From Octopus sinensis (taxonomy: Eukaryota): a DNA stretch of 64,000 nucleotides. Made by a program: the position numbers and the translations under genes. Positions within the stretch are counted from its first letter, which is position 1; each line of letters opens with the position of its first letter. The notes beneath the pieces are model-generated. The model was not told where the DNA came from and made no database searches. It worked only from the letters and a program-made list of their open reading frames with translations. Below, piece after piece: positions 54,301 to 64,000 of the stretch. Location of the stretch: assembly GCF_006345805.1 (NCBI RefSeq), contig NC_043021.1:5828001-5892000 (forward strand). The letters run 5' to 3'.

Positions 54301-57300
54301 AACAAAAGGTCCAACTAAAAATATTGTTAATTGTTACATTGATTAATTAACCTGTTGTTGTTTTTTTTTATAAAAGGTCAGATCAGTCTACTGTGTCAAG
54401 CGATCCACCAAATTGGTCACTCATTAGGATTATTCCACTCTGAGAGCATTTCAGCACAAATGTGGCCATACATCATGGAATGCAATGGCACTTCAGTGCA
54501 TGCTGATGACATTCAAGCACTACAGTCACTCTACAGTAAGTATAGCATCTTTATTACACACATGTGAGTGAGAACACTTTGAGATATTTTTGGTATCTAA
54601 CATATGTCAGATACTGCGAGCGCTGCTTCTGATTGGTCAATCCATGGTGATGACCTGAGGTCACGGTGATAGCGCTGCTTCTGATTGGTCAATTCATGGT
54701 GATGACCCGAGGTCACAGTGACGGCACTACTTTTGTCATTCATAAGTTACAACTAAACGTGAAGAATTTAGTTATTGGGTTAATAAAATATGGTCGTTTA
54801 TTTGTGTGTAATAAATAAAATACCAAACTCATTCCCTATGGATACCGTATTTATTACAACTCGTGGCTTGTAATAAATACGGTATCCATAGGGAACTCGT
54901 TTGGTATTCTCTCTGTATCCCCTACCTCTTATTCAACAGCCTCTGCTATGTTGGACATAACAGCCTATCTTGTTGGTGTTAAATAACTGATGACTTGTTT
55001 CATGATTATAACATTTTATGAGAAACATTTCCCTTAACCCTTTCGTTACTGAATTTATTTTGAGATGCTCTGTGTTTCTTTCAATTACTTTAAATATAAC
55101 AAAGAATTTAGTAAAATTACTTGGTTATCATTCAGCTAGTGCTAGGAACATAAATTGTGTCTAAGGTTTGGTGGAAGATTTTAATTCAAAACTTATGAAA
55201 ACAAGGCATTTGTACTCAGAGCCAGAGCCAGTTTCAGCCAGGTTGGTATCGAAAAGGGTTAAGACTTAATTTGAGAAGGAGTGGAAAACACTCTGTAGTG
55301 TATTAATTGGTAACAATAATCTGATAAACAATAGATACAGAGTTTAATCCTTTAGCATTCTCATTATTCTATCAAAATTAATGCTAATTTATTCATATTC
55401 TTTTGAATTAATCATGCCTTATCTCATAGCTTAGAGATTTTGATGAGGTAGCTGTTAACTTTTAGAATGATATTGTAGGGTTGATATAAGATGCCAGAAC
55501 AGGCCAGTTTGAACATAAAACAGGTGGAATATTTTGGCCGGATCTATGGCTGGTTTAAATGCTAAAGAATTAAGTCCCATTAGAAGAACTGTTGCTTTTT
55601 TCTGTCTCAATTTGGTGTTTTTAAAATCTTAATAATATTTGCAATAAACTCTTTGCTATGTTGGACATGAGTTGTAACATCCTGTGTTGTTGGTGTTAAA
55701 TAGCTGATGATTTGTTTCATGGAGATAAATTTTTATCAGAAATGTTTCCATAAAACTTCATTTGAGAAGAAGGAGTGAAAAACACTCTCTTGTGGCAATA
55801 ATTATATTTGATAAACAATAGATACAGGGTTTTATCCCATTAGAAGACCTGCTGCATTTTTTGTTCTAATTTGTGTTAAAATTTTTATAACATTTGCAAT
55901 AAATGCTTCAAAGCTAATTCGTAATTTTAAATCTCTCTCTATATAAACGGCAGTTTGTCTGTGCGTTTTCTGTGTGTCTGTTTTCTCGTACCCTCACTCT
56001 GACCACGGCTTTCAACCGATTCTGATGAAACTTGACACACACATAGCCCAATGTCATAATTCAAAACTAACGCAGCTAAAGTTTTGAAAAGTTCCCCCAG
56101 TTCTGAAAAAAATCGATAAATTCGACATGGGGTCGAGAATCAGAACCCAAACCACAGACCGTCTAGGGGACGCAACTCCACCTTTTTTAACTCTCAAAAA
56201 AAATTTACCATCATTTTTTTCCCATTTTTTTGCTATTTTTTGGCTATAACTCTCTAAAAATGCTTTATAGTTATTTCCCTTACAAACCTGAGCAACGCCG
56301 GGCGATACTGCTAGTATGTTATATTTTCAATCAACAGGTCCCTCTGAGGGCATCCAAACTGCAGTTTCTAGTAATATGTCAACCAACAAGGATGAGAACT
56401 TTGAAGATGACCATTCAGGGTCACAGGGTTCAAGTTCTACAACAGTCAGCAGCTCCCACTTGACCAGCCCATCGATGTCAGCTGGGGACAGATTCTGGTG
56501 GACACACAGCCAAGACACACAGACAGAACGACAAACCTATCCATATTGGTACCGCTTCTCCAGACTGGGGCCATCAACGACCTCACCCTCGGCCTTACTG
56601 ACATCAGCTCAAACTACAGTTAGGCCAAAGTACTGTGATGGCAGATTGGATGCTATCACTGTTGCAACAGATCACCTGACCTATGGATTTAGAGGTTGGA
56701 TTTTAAAAAAAAATTTCTTTTTCTTTTTCAAAAGATGGATTAGTGGTTTTGTGGCTGAGCGTAACGTTAGAGTGATCAGTTCAAATCATACTCATGATTC
56801 AGAATATTATTATGCTTTAATTTTTTATTGTTGTTTTTAAGAATGGTTGTCATAATGTAAAGGTTATAAGATAAGGTCAGGGGTTATGTGAGAGAGGGAG
56901 GTCATAGAGTATTATCATAGCAAGAGTTCATAAAGAGAAGAGGTCATAGAATGAGGTTCTACAGCAGTCAAAAAGTGAATAGGTCAAAGAAAGAGGTCAT
57001 TAAGTAAAGACTATGGGATTAGTTAAAGGCCGATAGATCGGAGATCATGGTGTAACAATCTCCACCACTGTCCAATCTACTTCTGTATGTCTATAGATTC
57101 TGGTGGTAACCACAGCAGAGATTAACAAGGTGAATGTGTAGGTTGCTTTTGGGGTAGGGTGTAAGTCAATTACACCAACCCCAGTGCTCAACTGGTACTT
57201 ATTTTATCAACCTTGAAAGAATGAAAGGCAAAGTTGACTTTGGTGGAATTTGAACTCAGAATGTAAAGATGGTTGAAATGCCACTAAGCATTTTGTCTGG

Positions 57301-57872
57301 TATGCTAACAATTCAGCCATCTCACTGCCTTCTAACAGCTACAATTTTAACTGTTAGATCTTCAAGTACTGGAGTCAGCAGGAGAGTCCACTATATGTAC
57401 TAGATGAGCTTCTGCTCAGTTTCTGTCATCAAATTCGATGACTGGCATCCATGATAGTAGAGCATTAAGAGTACCATACAAGTGAGATCATTGCCAGAGC
57501 AACAAGCTGGCTTCCATGCCAATGGTACATTAAAAACACCATTCGAGCTACTAGCATTTGTGTAGGTGGCACCTGAAAAAAACATTTGAGTGAGGTCGTT
57601 GCCAGTGCCACTGGACTGGCTCCTGTGCAGGTGGCACATAAAAAGCACCATTTTGAGCGTGGCTGTTGCCAGTACCACCTGACTGGCCCTCGTGCCGGTG
57701 GCACGTAAAGGCACCCACTACACTCTTGGAGTGGTTGGTGTTAGGAAGGGCATCCAGCCGTAGAAACTCTGCCAGATCAAGATTGGAGCCTGGTGCAGCC
57801 ATCTGGTTCGCCAGTCCTCAGTTGAATCGTCCAACCCCTACTAGCATGGAAAGCGGACGCTAAACGATGATG

Positions 57873-57903
<31 letters not shown>

Positions 57904-58721
57904 CTTCTGTAAATTCACTTGCAAGTTATTGGTCAACTTAGGTCTTTGTTAGAAGGCAGTTGCCCATGGTGTTGTACAGTGGAATTGGTCAGAGAAATAT
58001 AATGACTGAAATGTGGTGTTAGAAAAGTTGAGTAGATATCTACTTTCTGAAAGTGGAGATGGTAAAGAATAAAATAAAAGAAATCAAGGTGTTAGCAAGT
58101 TAAGTAGTGATCAATGTTTTATTTCAGATGAACTGGTGTTCAGGTTCAACCAGATCAATGTTGATTACACATTTCCAAAGAAAATTCAAGAAGTCTTCCC
58201 CAGGGGTCCTTTGTCTGTAGATGCTGCAGTGACCTTCAGTAAAAATCGAAAGAAAGCAGCCCTTGGTAGCACATACCTAATAAAAGTGAGTTGGCCTATT
58301 TATTGTTTTCTTTTGTTTGTTTATTTTTTTACTATTGTTTTTTTTTTTTGTTGATGTCTAGCCAAAAGTGATCCAGATTCCTTACGGCATTTTGGTCATT
58401 GGTCAAACAACTAACAGCAATTCAAAGGACACGTTAAAATGGACTGACACACAATGTGTTCTGTTGTAAGTACAGAGCAACACATGTGAGGGGACACTGA
58501 AAAGTTCCTGGCTTTAAGGGTATCGTGAAACGCCTGATTGGAGGCCCAACCTTGAGCTCTTTTACAGGGCTTAGAAAAACTGAAGGTCCACTGCAATATG
58601 TGTGAATATGAGAGCTCAATATGTTGACTAAAATCATAATTAACCGATCCTCTTGTATTTTCTTTTATCCAAAGCCAGGAACTTTCCGGCAGGTATGTTT
58701 GAATGGTGGGCTATATTGAAT

Positions 58722-58759
<38 letters not shown>

Positions 58760-61505
58760 GGCAGTTTTCACAAGACCAGCTAAAACAGACCAGGCTGATC
58801 CATCCTATCCAACAGGTTAGGAAGTATTCGTTTAACTTATGAATTTTCTGGTCCCATAACAATAACATCACACACACACACACACACACACACACAAGAA
58901 GGTGCTGAAAATTTCCTTGCTTTATGGGTATTGAGAAAGGCCTGGCTGGATGTCCAACCTTTTGAGTTTTTTACAGGGCTTAGAAAAACTGAAGGACCAC
59001 TGCAATAAGTGTGTGAATCTGAGAGGGAAAGATGTTGAATAAAATCAGGGTGGAATGCAGTGCATTATACTAAATTTTTTCCTAAATTTAGTGACATCTT
59101 CTTTATTTAGGGTTTAGTAAGTGAAGAAAGGGCAGTCCCCATTGTAGTGTGTGCGCGATACAAATATAAAGGCACTTACCTTCTCTTCCTAGTGATGGAG
59201 ACCCTTCGGTGGTAACGGATCCTTCGACACAGCCCCAACCCGAACACTAATGATAGCAGCTGCTGCACCCAACCTAGCGACGTCTTCCCACGTCCTCACA
59301 CCTCGATGACCCTGATTCGAAAGGCCGAATCCCCGCTGCCTGCGCACGTCTCACGGCTACCCCTTCTGGTTGCCCCAGCTTCTGGTCAACGCACCCAGTT
59401 GCTGACGTTATCCTACACCCATTTATACTGTTTTTTTATGACTATCAAAACTTGGAGGAGAAAGAAGGAAGATTGTGACATCATTACACTGGACACCTGT
59501 TCAAAATGCTTACAAAGGAGCAAACTCTGCTAAATTCATCCAAGGGTCAGGTGATGGTGTTACATCAAGTAATAAATTAACATCAGTATGCCCCCTATGC
59601 AGACTATTTGGCAGTTTCCTAAATAGTCTCTGTCTACTTAATCTTACAAGTTTTGGGTCAACTTAAAACCATGGTCAAAGACACCTATTGAAAGTGTTCA
59701 ACTCATCATTGTCATCATCATCATCATTATCATCATCATCATTGTCTGTTTTCCAAGCTAGCATGAGTTAGATGGTTTGACTGGAGATGATAAGCCACAG
59801 AGCCGCATCAGGCTCCAGCCTGTTTTGGCTTGGTTTCTACAGCTGCTCTATGGAGTGTATTGGGTGCTTTTCATGTGTCACTGGCATGAATGCCTTTTAC
59901 ATGTCACCGGTACTAGTCACAACTTCCTGCAGAATTGAACTCAGATTGTCCATGATTACAAAGCAAACTTTTTAACTACTGAGCTCTATAAAAAATGCAT
60001 ATTGAGTTGTTATATAAGCTTTTTTTACTTTTTTTTTTATCGCTTTCCTTTTAAGGGCAACCTAGTTTGGCGCTACAGACACACAGAGGACGGTTTCCAA
60101 CTGGAACACTTCTATCCAAAACCCTGGGCCAAAGAATGGGATGTAACTGGTACCAAAATTGAATCAGCCTTTAAATTAGGCCGGAAAATCTACCTGTTAA
60201 TTGGTGAGTAATTTTTGCATGTGTGTGTATATGTCACAGATAGCAGATGTGTGTTTGTGTTCATTGACATGCCATGACATTCATTATATGTGTGTATATT
60301 CTGTATGTGTGTATGTGTGTTGACATCATGGAAGCCATGTTTTGTCAAGATTAACAAACGAAAACTGTGTTTAATTGTTTGCATTAATAAATAGAGATCC
60401 AAATATCACAAAAATTTGTACTGCAATGCTGAAGGTAAGTATGAAAATAAATATTAAAAAAATTAAGATAAAATATACTATTTCTGAGATATTTTGGTTA
60501 CACACAAACATCTCTAAAGTTTTAGTATTATTATGATATGTTAACCACAACTATTTTTATATATTTTCTCCCAGATGTACTTAATTCTTTATTTCAAGAA
60601 ACACATGGTATATTTCTGAAATCATTAATAATTATTTAAAATTTTGGCTCAAGACCAACAATTTTGAGGTGTGGGGAAGTAAGTTGCATCAACCTCCTGT
60701 ACTCAGATGATACTTATTTTATCTTGAGCATGCATGAAATAGCAGCCAAATCTTTCCTTTTCAGGGGACTGAAAGGCAAAGTTGACTGTGGCAGGATTTG
60801 AACTCAGTATCTAGGGTGTTAGAAGAAATACTACTTGGCATTTTGTCTGGTACACTAATATTTCTGCTAGCTCCACTGCCTTTCAAACTATTTATAATAA
60901 AGACAATACTATTAAGTTATTGCTAAGGCGGTAAGCTGGCTGAGTCATTAGCACACCGGGCAAAATGCTTGGCAGTATTTTGTCTGTCTTTACATTCTGA
61001 GTTCAAATTCCTCTGGGGTTGAATTTGTCCTTCATCCTTTTGGGGTTGATAAAATAAATATCAGTCAAGCGCTGGGGTCAATGTAATTGGCCTATCCCCT
61101 CCCCTAAAATCGATGGCCTTGTGCTAAAATTTTAAATCAATAATAAGTTATTCCAACAATGATTTATAATTAACGTTCTCTTCATTTTCTCCGATCTTAG
61201 ACAATCGAATCTGGTTGTTGAAAGGCAAGAAATCTCGTCAACGGAAGTATGAGAAGAAGCGAATTAAACTGTTCAACCAGCTGCCAGACTTCCAGGCTGC
61301 AGTACAATGGATCAACAGGAATACCTATTTCTTCACTGGCAATGAGTATTACAGAGCTGACTTGCCAGCACAGAGGAGACGATATGTACTGAATGGACCG
61401 AGGGATACAGCATATTGGTGGTTTGGCTGTAATGAAATACCACACATACGGCAACCTTTTGAAGATAAAGATGATAACGGGTGGGATCTTGAACTGACTA
61501 AATAA
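41276..61505 (+). CDS. Matrix metalloproteinase (M10A family), secreted and furin-activatable, with hemopexin domain; 10 exons, 685 aa; catalytic Glu->Gln
   Basis: Signal peptide, propeptide YLIRYGYL, cysteine switch KRCGVPD, furin site RRKRR, HGDGMPFDG..AHAFFP..GDIHFDAEE, HQIGHSLGLFHS, Met-turn AQMWP, Ser/Thr hinge, four hemopexin blades ending WWFGC. Exons total 2058 nt with consistent phases. Orthology to a numbered MMP cannot be assigned. Confidence 0.93.
44194..44231 (-). ncRNA. Minimal type-I hammerhead (inverted copy)
   Basis: Reverse complement of 44358..44395. Confidence 0.7.
44358..44395 (+). ncRNA. Minimal type-I hammerhead ribozyme
   Basis: ctgt-CUGACGA-acg(gcaa)cgg-GAAA-ctcagag-UA-acag; palindromic stem III; predicted cut after 44391. 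Confidence 0.7.
44778..44904 (+). CDS. MMP exon 2 (propeptide)
   Basis: ttctag|NYLIRYGYL...LQAALQRYQRVAGITVT(G)|gttaga. Confidence 0.9.
45047..45428. repeat. 14-bp minisatellite (aaagtgttgttctg)n, ~27 copies
   Basis: Direct tandem repeat in MMP intron 2. Confidence 0.92.
48787..48822 (+). ncRNA. Variant minimal hammerhead-like motif
   Basis: cttt-CUGUAGA-a-gagc(atag)gctc-GAAA-cg-UA-aaag; core carries A6U and one extra A. Confidence 0.4.
49559..49690 (+). CDS. MMP exon 3 (cysteine switch, furin site)
   Basis: tgcag|FFDENTFKMMRKKRCGVPD...RRKRRFALQ(G)|gtaagt. Confidence 0.93.
51191..51291 (+). CDS. MMP exon 4 (start of catalytic domain)
   Basis: tatag|SKWKHREITYKVSDYP...INAAFK|gtaaga. Confidence 0.92.
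51410..51640 (+). mobile_element. SINE family B (Nin/Deu-domain-like). Other approximate copies: plus at 7407-7625, 15560-15787, 16157-16380, 31515-31930 (two in tandem), 46431-46645, 60925-61140; minus at 49130-49247, 57155-57330, 60640-60880
   Basis: gagctggcagaaacgttagc..gagttcaaattcc B box..gcctttcatcctttcggggtcgataaattaagtaccag. Confidence 0.8.
52627..52858 (+). CDS. MMP exon 5 (structural Zn/Ca sites)
   Basis: tttcag|VWSNIT..HGDGMPFDGPDGITAHAFFP..GDIHFDAEENW..|gtattt. Confidence 0.94.
54377..54535 (+). CDS. MMP exon 6 (zinc-binding motif and Met-turn)
   Basis: aaaag|QISLLCQAIHQIGHSLGLFHSESISAQMWP..DDIQALQSLY|gtaagt. Confidence 0.93.
55038..55258. mobile_element. TTAA-target MITE (piggyBac-like); related copy at 49311..49514
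   Basis: TTAA|ccctttcg...cgaaaaggg|TTAA. Confidence 0.75.
55348..55569. mobile_element. Second TTAA-target MITE family; copies at 2837..3008, 22977..23270, ~13890..14097 and ~39262..39370
   Basis: TTAA|(c/t)cctttagcatt...aatgctaaag(a/g)|TTAA; shared core tatctcatagctt..gagattt. Confidence 0.7.
55932..56314 (+). mobile_element. Non-autonomous Helitron
   Basis: a|TCtctctctatataaacgg...gagcaacgccgggcgatactgCTAG|t. Confidence 0.8.
56338..56694 (+). CDS. MMP exon 7 (hinge and start of hemopexin domain)
   Basis: aacag|Ser/Thr-rich linker..PKYCDGRLDAI..TYGFR|gttgga. Confidence 0.87.
57440..57903 (+). mobile_element. (GAT)n-tailed retroposon family D. Other approximate copies: plus at 4885-5260, 23360-23627, 30187-30465, 32177-32482, 43410-43660; minus at 19513-19838, 28815-29280
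   Basis: Internal gtggcacgtaaaagcacc repeats; aggaagggcatccagc; ccatgctagcatgg; (gat)n tail; variable 5' truncation. Confidence 0.8.
58128..58285 (+). CDS. MMP exon 8 (hemopexin)
   Basis: tttcag|ELVFRF..FPKKIQEVFP..VDAAV..TYLIK|gtgagt. Confidence 0.9.
58487..58693. mobile_element. Mariner-derived MITE (partial second copy at ~58895..59046)
   Basis: TIRs ctgaaaagttcctggcttt / aaagccaggaactttc. Confidence 0.6.
60056..60203 (+). CDS. MMP exon 9 (hemopexin)
   Basis: ttaag|GNLVWRY..FYPKP..IESAF..IYLLI|gtgagt. Confidence 0.9.
61201..61505 (+). CDS. MMP exon 10 (end of hemopexin domain, stop)
   Basis: cttag|NRIWLL..FQAAVQW..TYFFTGNEYYR..WWFGC..LTK*. Confidence 0.9.
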
Positions 61506-61750
61506 ACGGATGAGTGAATGAATGGGGTAGATGACTGAATGGGTAGATGGGTAGAAGGGTGGGTAAGTTGAATGGATGGATGAATTGTGTTAAGTGAGTA
61601 AATAAATAGGTGGGTAGGTGGATGGTGGTGTATAGTTGGATGTCAGTGTAGGTGCATGGATGGATGAAGAGACACATAGCATACAAACATACATACATAT
61701 TTTAGCAGATATATAGACAACTATATTGCCAAATGAATAGATACACTGAC

Positions 61751-61792
<42 letters not shown>

Positions 61793-61803
61793 TTTATAGA
61801 AGG

Positions 61804-61854
61804 AGCTTCTACAGAACTAGAACTGTTTCATTCAAATGAAATCATCAGGAAGCT
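61804..61854 (-). ncRNA. Type-I hammerhead (inverted copy)
   Basis: Exact reverse complement of 61937..61987. Confidence 0.72.
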
Positions 61855-61936
61855 TGCTGTCAAAATAAGTCTTGGCATTTATACATTTGTACAAATGCAT
61901 ACAAATGTATAAATGCCAAGACTTATTTTGACAGCA

Positions 61937-61987
61937 AGCTTCCTGATGATTTCATTTGAATGAAACAGTTCTAGTTCTGTAGAAGCT
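61937..61987 (+). ncRNA. Type-I hammerhead ribozyme
   Basis: agcttc-CUGAUGA-tttc(attt)gaat-GAAA-cag(ttctagtt)ctg-UA-gaagct; 6-bp stem I; predicted cut after 61981. Confidence 0.72.
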
Positions 61988-62068
61988 CCTTCTATAAAAT
62001 AAATTAATTTACTCTGCTATGTATTGAGTACCTTATTTACTGTGGTTAACCCCGACTCAACCGGGACC

Positions 62069-62216
<148 letters not shown>

Positions 62217-62309
62217 GAGAGGTAGAAATTTTGGTAAACAAAATTAGATTTGACACATCTATACATACATATGTACATACATATATATCAATTTAAATAC
62301 ACAACCGAA

Positions 62310-62399
62310 AGAGCTACTAATAGTTTCATGCTTTTATGATACTTGAGCAGGCATATTCATAAAATATGCCATGTACCTTAAAGCAATCTTTCAGGCTCT
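62310..62399 (-). ncRNA. Type-I hammerhead-like motif, long stem II
   Basis: agagc-CUGAAAGA-ttgcttt...aaagcat-GAAA-ctattag-UA-gctct; one extra nucleotide in the core. Confidence 0.6.
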
Positions 62400-62589
62400 G
62401 TCTGTGCATTATATATATATATTTTAAAAACAAGGATGTCTAGGCAATAAGAAAATAAAAATAGACATGGGAGAAATGTGAAGAAGGTTGGTGCAGAAAA
62501 CGGAACGAGAAACAAGAAATGAAATCAAGAAAACTAAGATCCTCATCCTCTCTGATTGCAGAATTAGTTTAGAACAAGATAACGGAAAA

Positions 62590-63015
62590 TATAATATAAT
62601 ATAATATAATATAATATAATATAATGAAATTATTGTATACAGTGCTCAGGTGCACCACAACTTGTCAGAAAGTGCGTATAAAGTATATGCAGTAATGTAC
62701 AAATGTCTGGAAAGCGAACAATGTATGAGTCAGATACATGCTTGTGTGTGTATGGAGGGGAGAAAATCAGGTGTAGTGTTGGCGAATCTCAGAAAGCATG
62801 GAAGTTTTGAAGGATGCAGTGCTCCGACAACTAACAACTGATGCCGGTAGCTTGTTCCATGCTTCAGCAACTCTTAGCGTGAAAAAATGTTTCCTAAAGT
62901 CATGGGAGCTGTGCTGTTTTCTGACTTTGTAAATATGTCCACGGGTGTTAGACGGGTGGAGTTTGAAAAGGTGCTCAGAGTTATTGTTTGTAAGATGGTT
63001 AATAATTTTGTCAAT
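62590..63015 (-). mobile_element. CR1-type LINE 3' end
   Basis: NTRGHIYKV..RKHFFTLRVAEAWNKLP..SFK, followed by a 3' UTR and (TATTA)n tail. Confidence 0.8.
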
Positions 63016-63019
63016 GTTT

Positions 63020-63310
63020 GCATGACAGCAGCTCAATCCAGAGTGGGTGGTGCCCTTCAATTTGATTAAAAAAACAAAAAACCTGTCCATGTGTTTACAC
63101 TTGCTAAAAATTTCAGATCTTAAATTAAGCAGTGTGTTGAAATTGCTGGATCTAAGAATAATATGAGATCTTTCTGCTATACATAAGTTGCATTTCTGAG
63201 ATCCATTAACATATGGCTTGAATTTCTTCACTATTCTCCACTTAATTGCATGTGCTGTGAAGCTGCTTTTCAAATTCCATACATGGCTAGCCAATTTAGA
63301 TGCACTGTCT
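63020..63310 (-). mobile_element. Penelope-like GIY-YIG endonuclease C-terminal remnant
   Basis: SHVWNLK..IKWRIVKKFKPY..KCNLCIAER..LLNLRSEIFSKCKH. Confidence 0.8.
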
Positions 63311-64000
63311 TATATACAAACAAATGTACAGGTAAGATTGATAGTTAAATAATTAAGTAAGAGGCATATATAGTTAAACCATCTCAGAATTCTTCCCTCC
63401 AGAAAAAAAGATTTATTAAATTGTCAAGGTATGAAAGAGATCATTAGTGTGTGAATGACCCTGGATAACCTGAAATACAGAGATTCCTAACTTTAAAAAG
63501 TAACTGAAAATTTAGAAGTAATAATAAATTGAAATTTTTGTATTATGTGTGTGCATGTTTGTTTATATGTATGTGTGTATACATGCATGCGTGTTTGTGA
63601 ATGTATATGTACATGTGTGCAGATGTATATGTGAGTATGTGTATGTCTATTTTATATAACAATGTGTATATCAATGAAAAAATAATAATAATATCAATTT
63701 TTAGTTGTTTTATTTCAATGAGAGAACTGGACAATTGAATCTCTCTCTCGCTTGCAGTATGTACTTTATATTCGACATTCAAGAAATGCAACAACAAAAA
63801 ATAGTCCTAAACTATCTATATATATAAAAAAGGACCTATTGCTCTGTTTATTAGTCAATTAAAGGAATGAAATTAGCTGCTGAGACTTTCCTGAAATCTG
63901 GCACCAGGGAATCCAAAGACACAGTGTCATGATGGTGCATTTTAATATAATTATAACAATAAATTTAATGACAACGATGATGATGTTAATGATGATGATG

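Noticed and set aside
62767-63294. In-frame GIY-YIG/CR1 chimeric ORF as a new gene
   Set aside because: Both halves are truncated C-terminal scraps without catalytic cores; an in-frame junction of nested insertions is expected by chance.

Overview
AT-rich, microsatellite- and SINE-dense animal genomic DNA. The repeat families suggest an octopus (inference). Two spliced + strand genes can be assembled by eye. (1) A 14-coding-exon trichoplein (TCHP) gene at 160..25750, about 500 aa, with an apparent 1-nt deletion in coding exon 2. (2) A 10-exon, 685-aa secreted matrix metalloproteinase at 41276..61505, intact in frame, whose zinc motif reads HQIGHSLGLFH (catalytic Glu replaced by Gln). The introns and intergenic DNA hold tRNA-derived SINEs, RTE and CR1 LINE scraps, Tc1/mariner remnants and MITEs, TTAA MITEs, non-autonomous Helitrons, Penelope-like GIY-YIG remnants and minisatellites. 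The most striking non-coding signal is nine type-I hammerhead-ribozyme-like motifs at seven loci. They have mostly palindromic stem III, often a long stem II, and sit beside (TA)n tracts. Two loci form ~105-bp hairpins carrying the ribozyme on both strands, one in MMP intron 1 and one just after the MMP stop. All folding was done by eye and nothing was searched.
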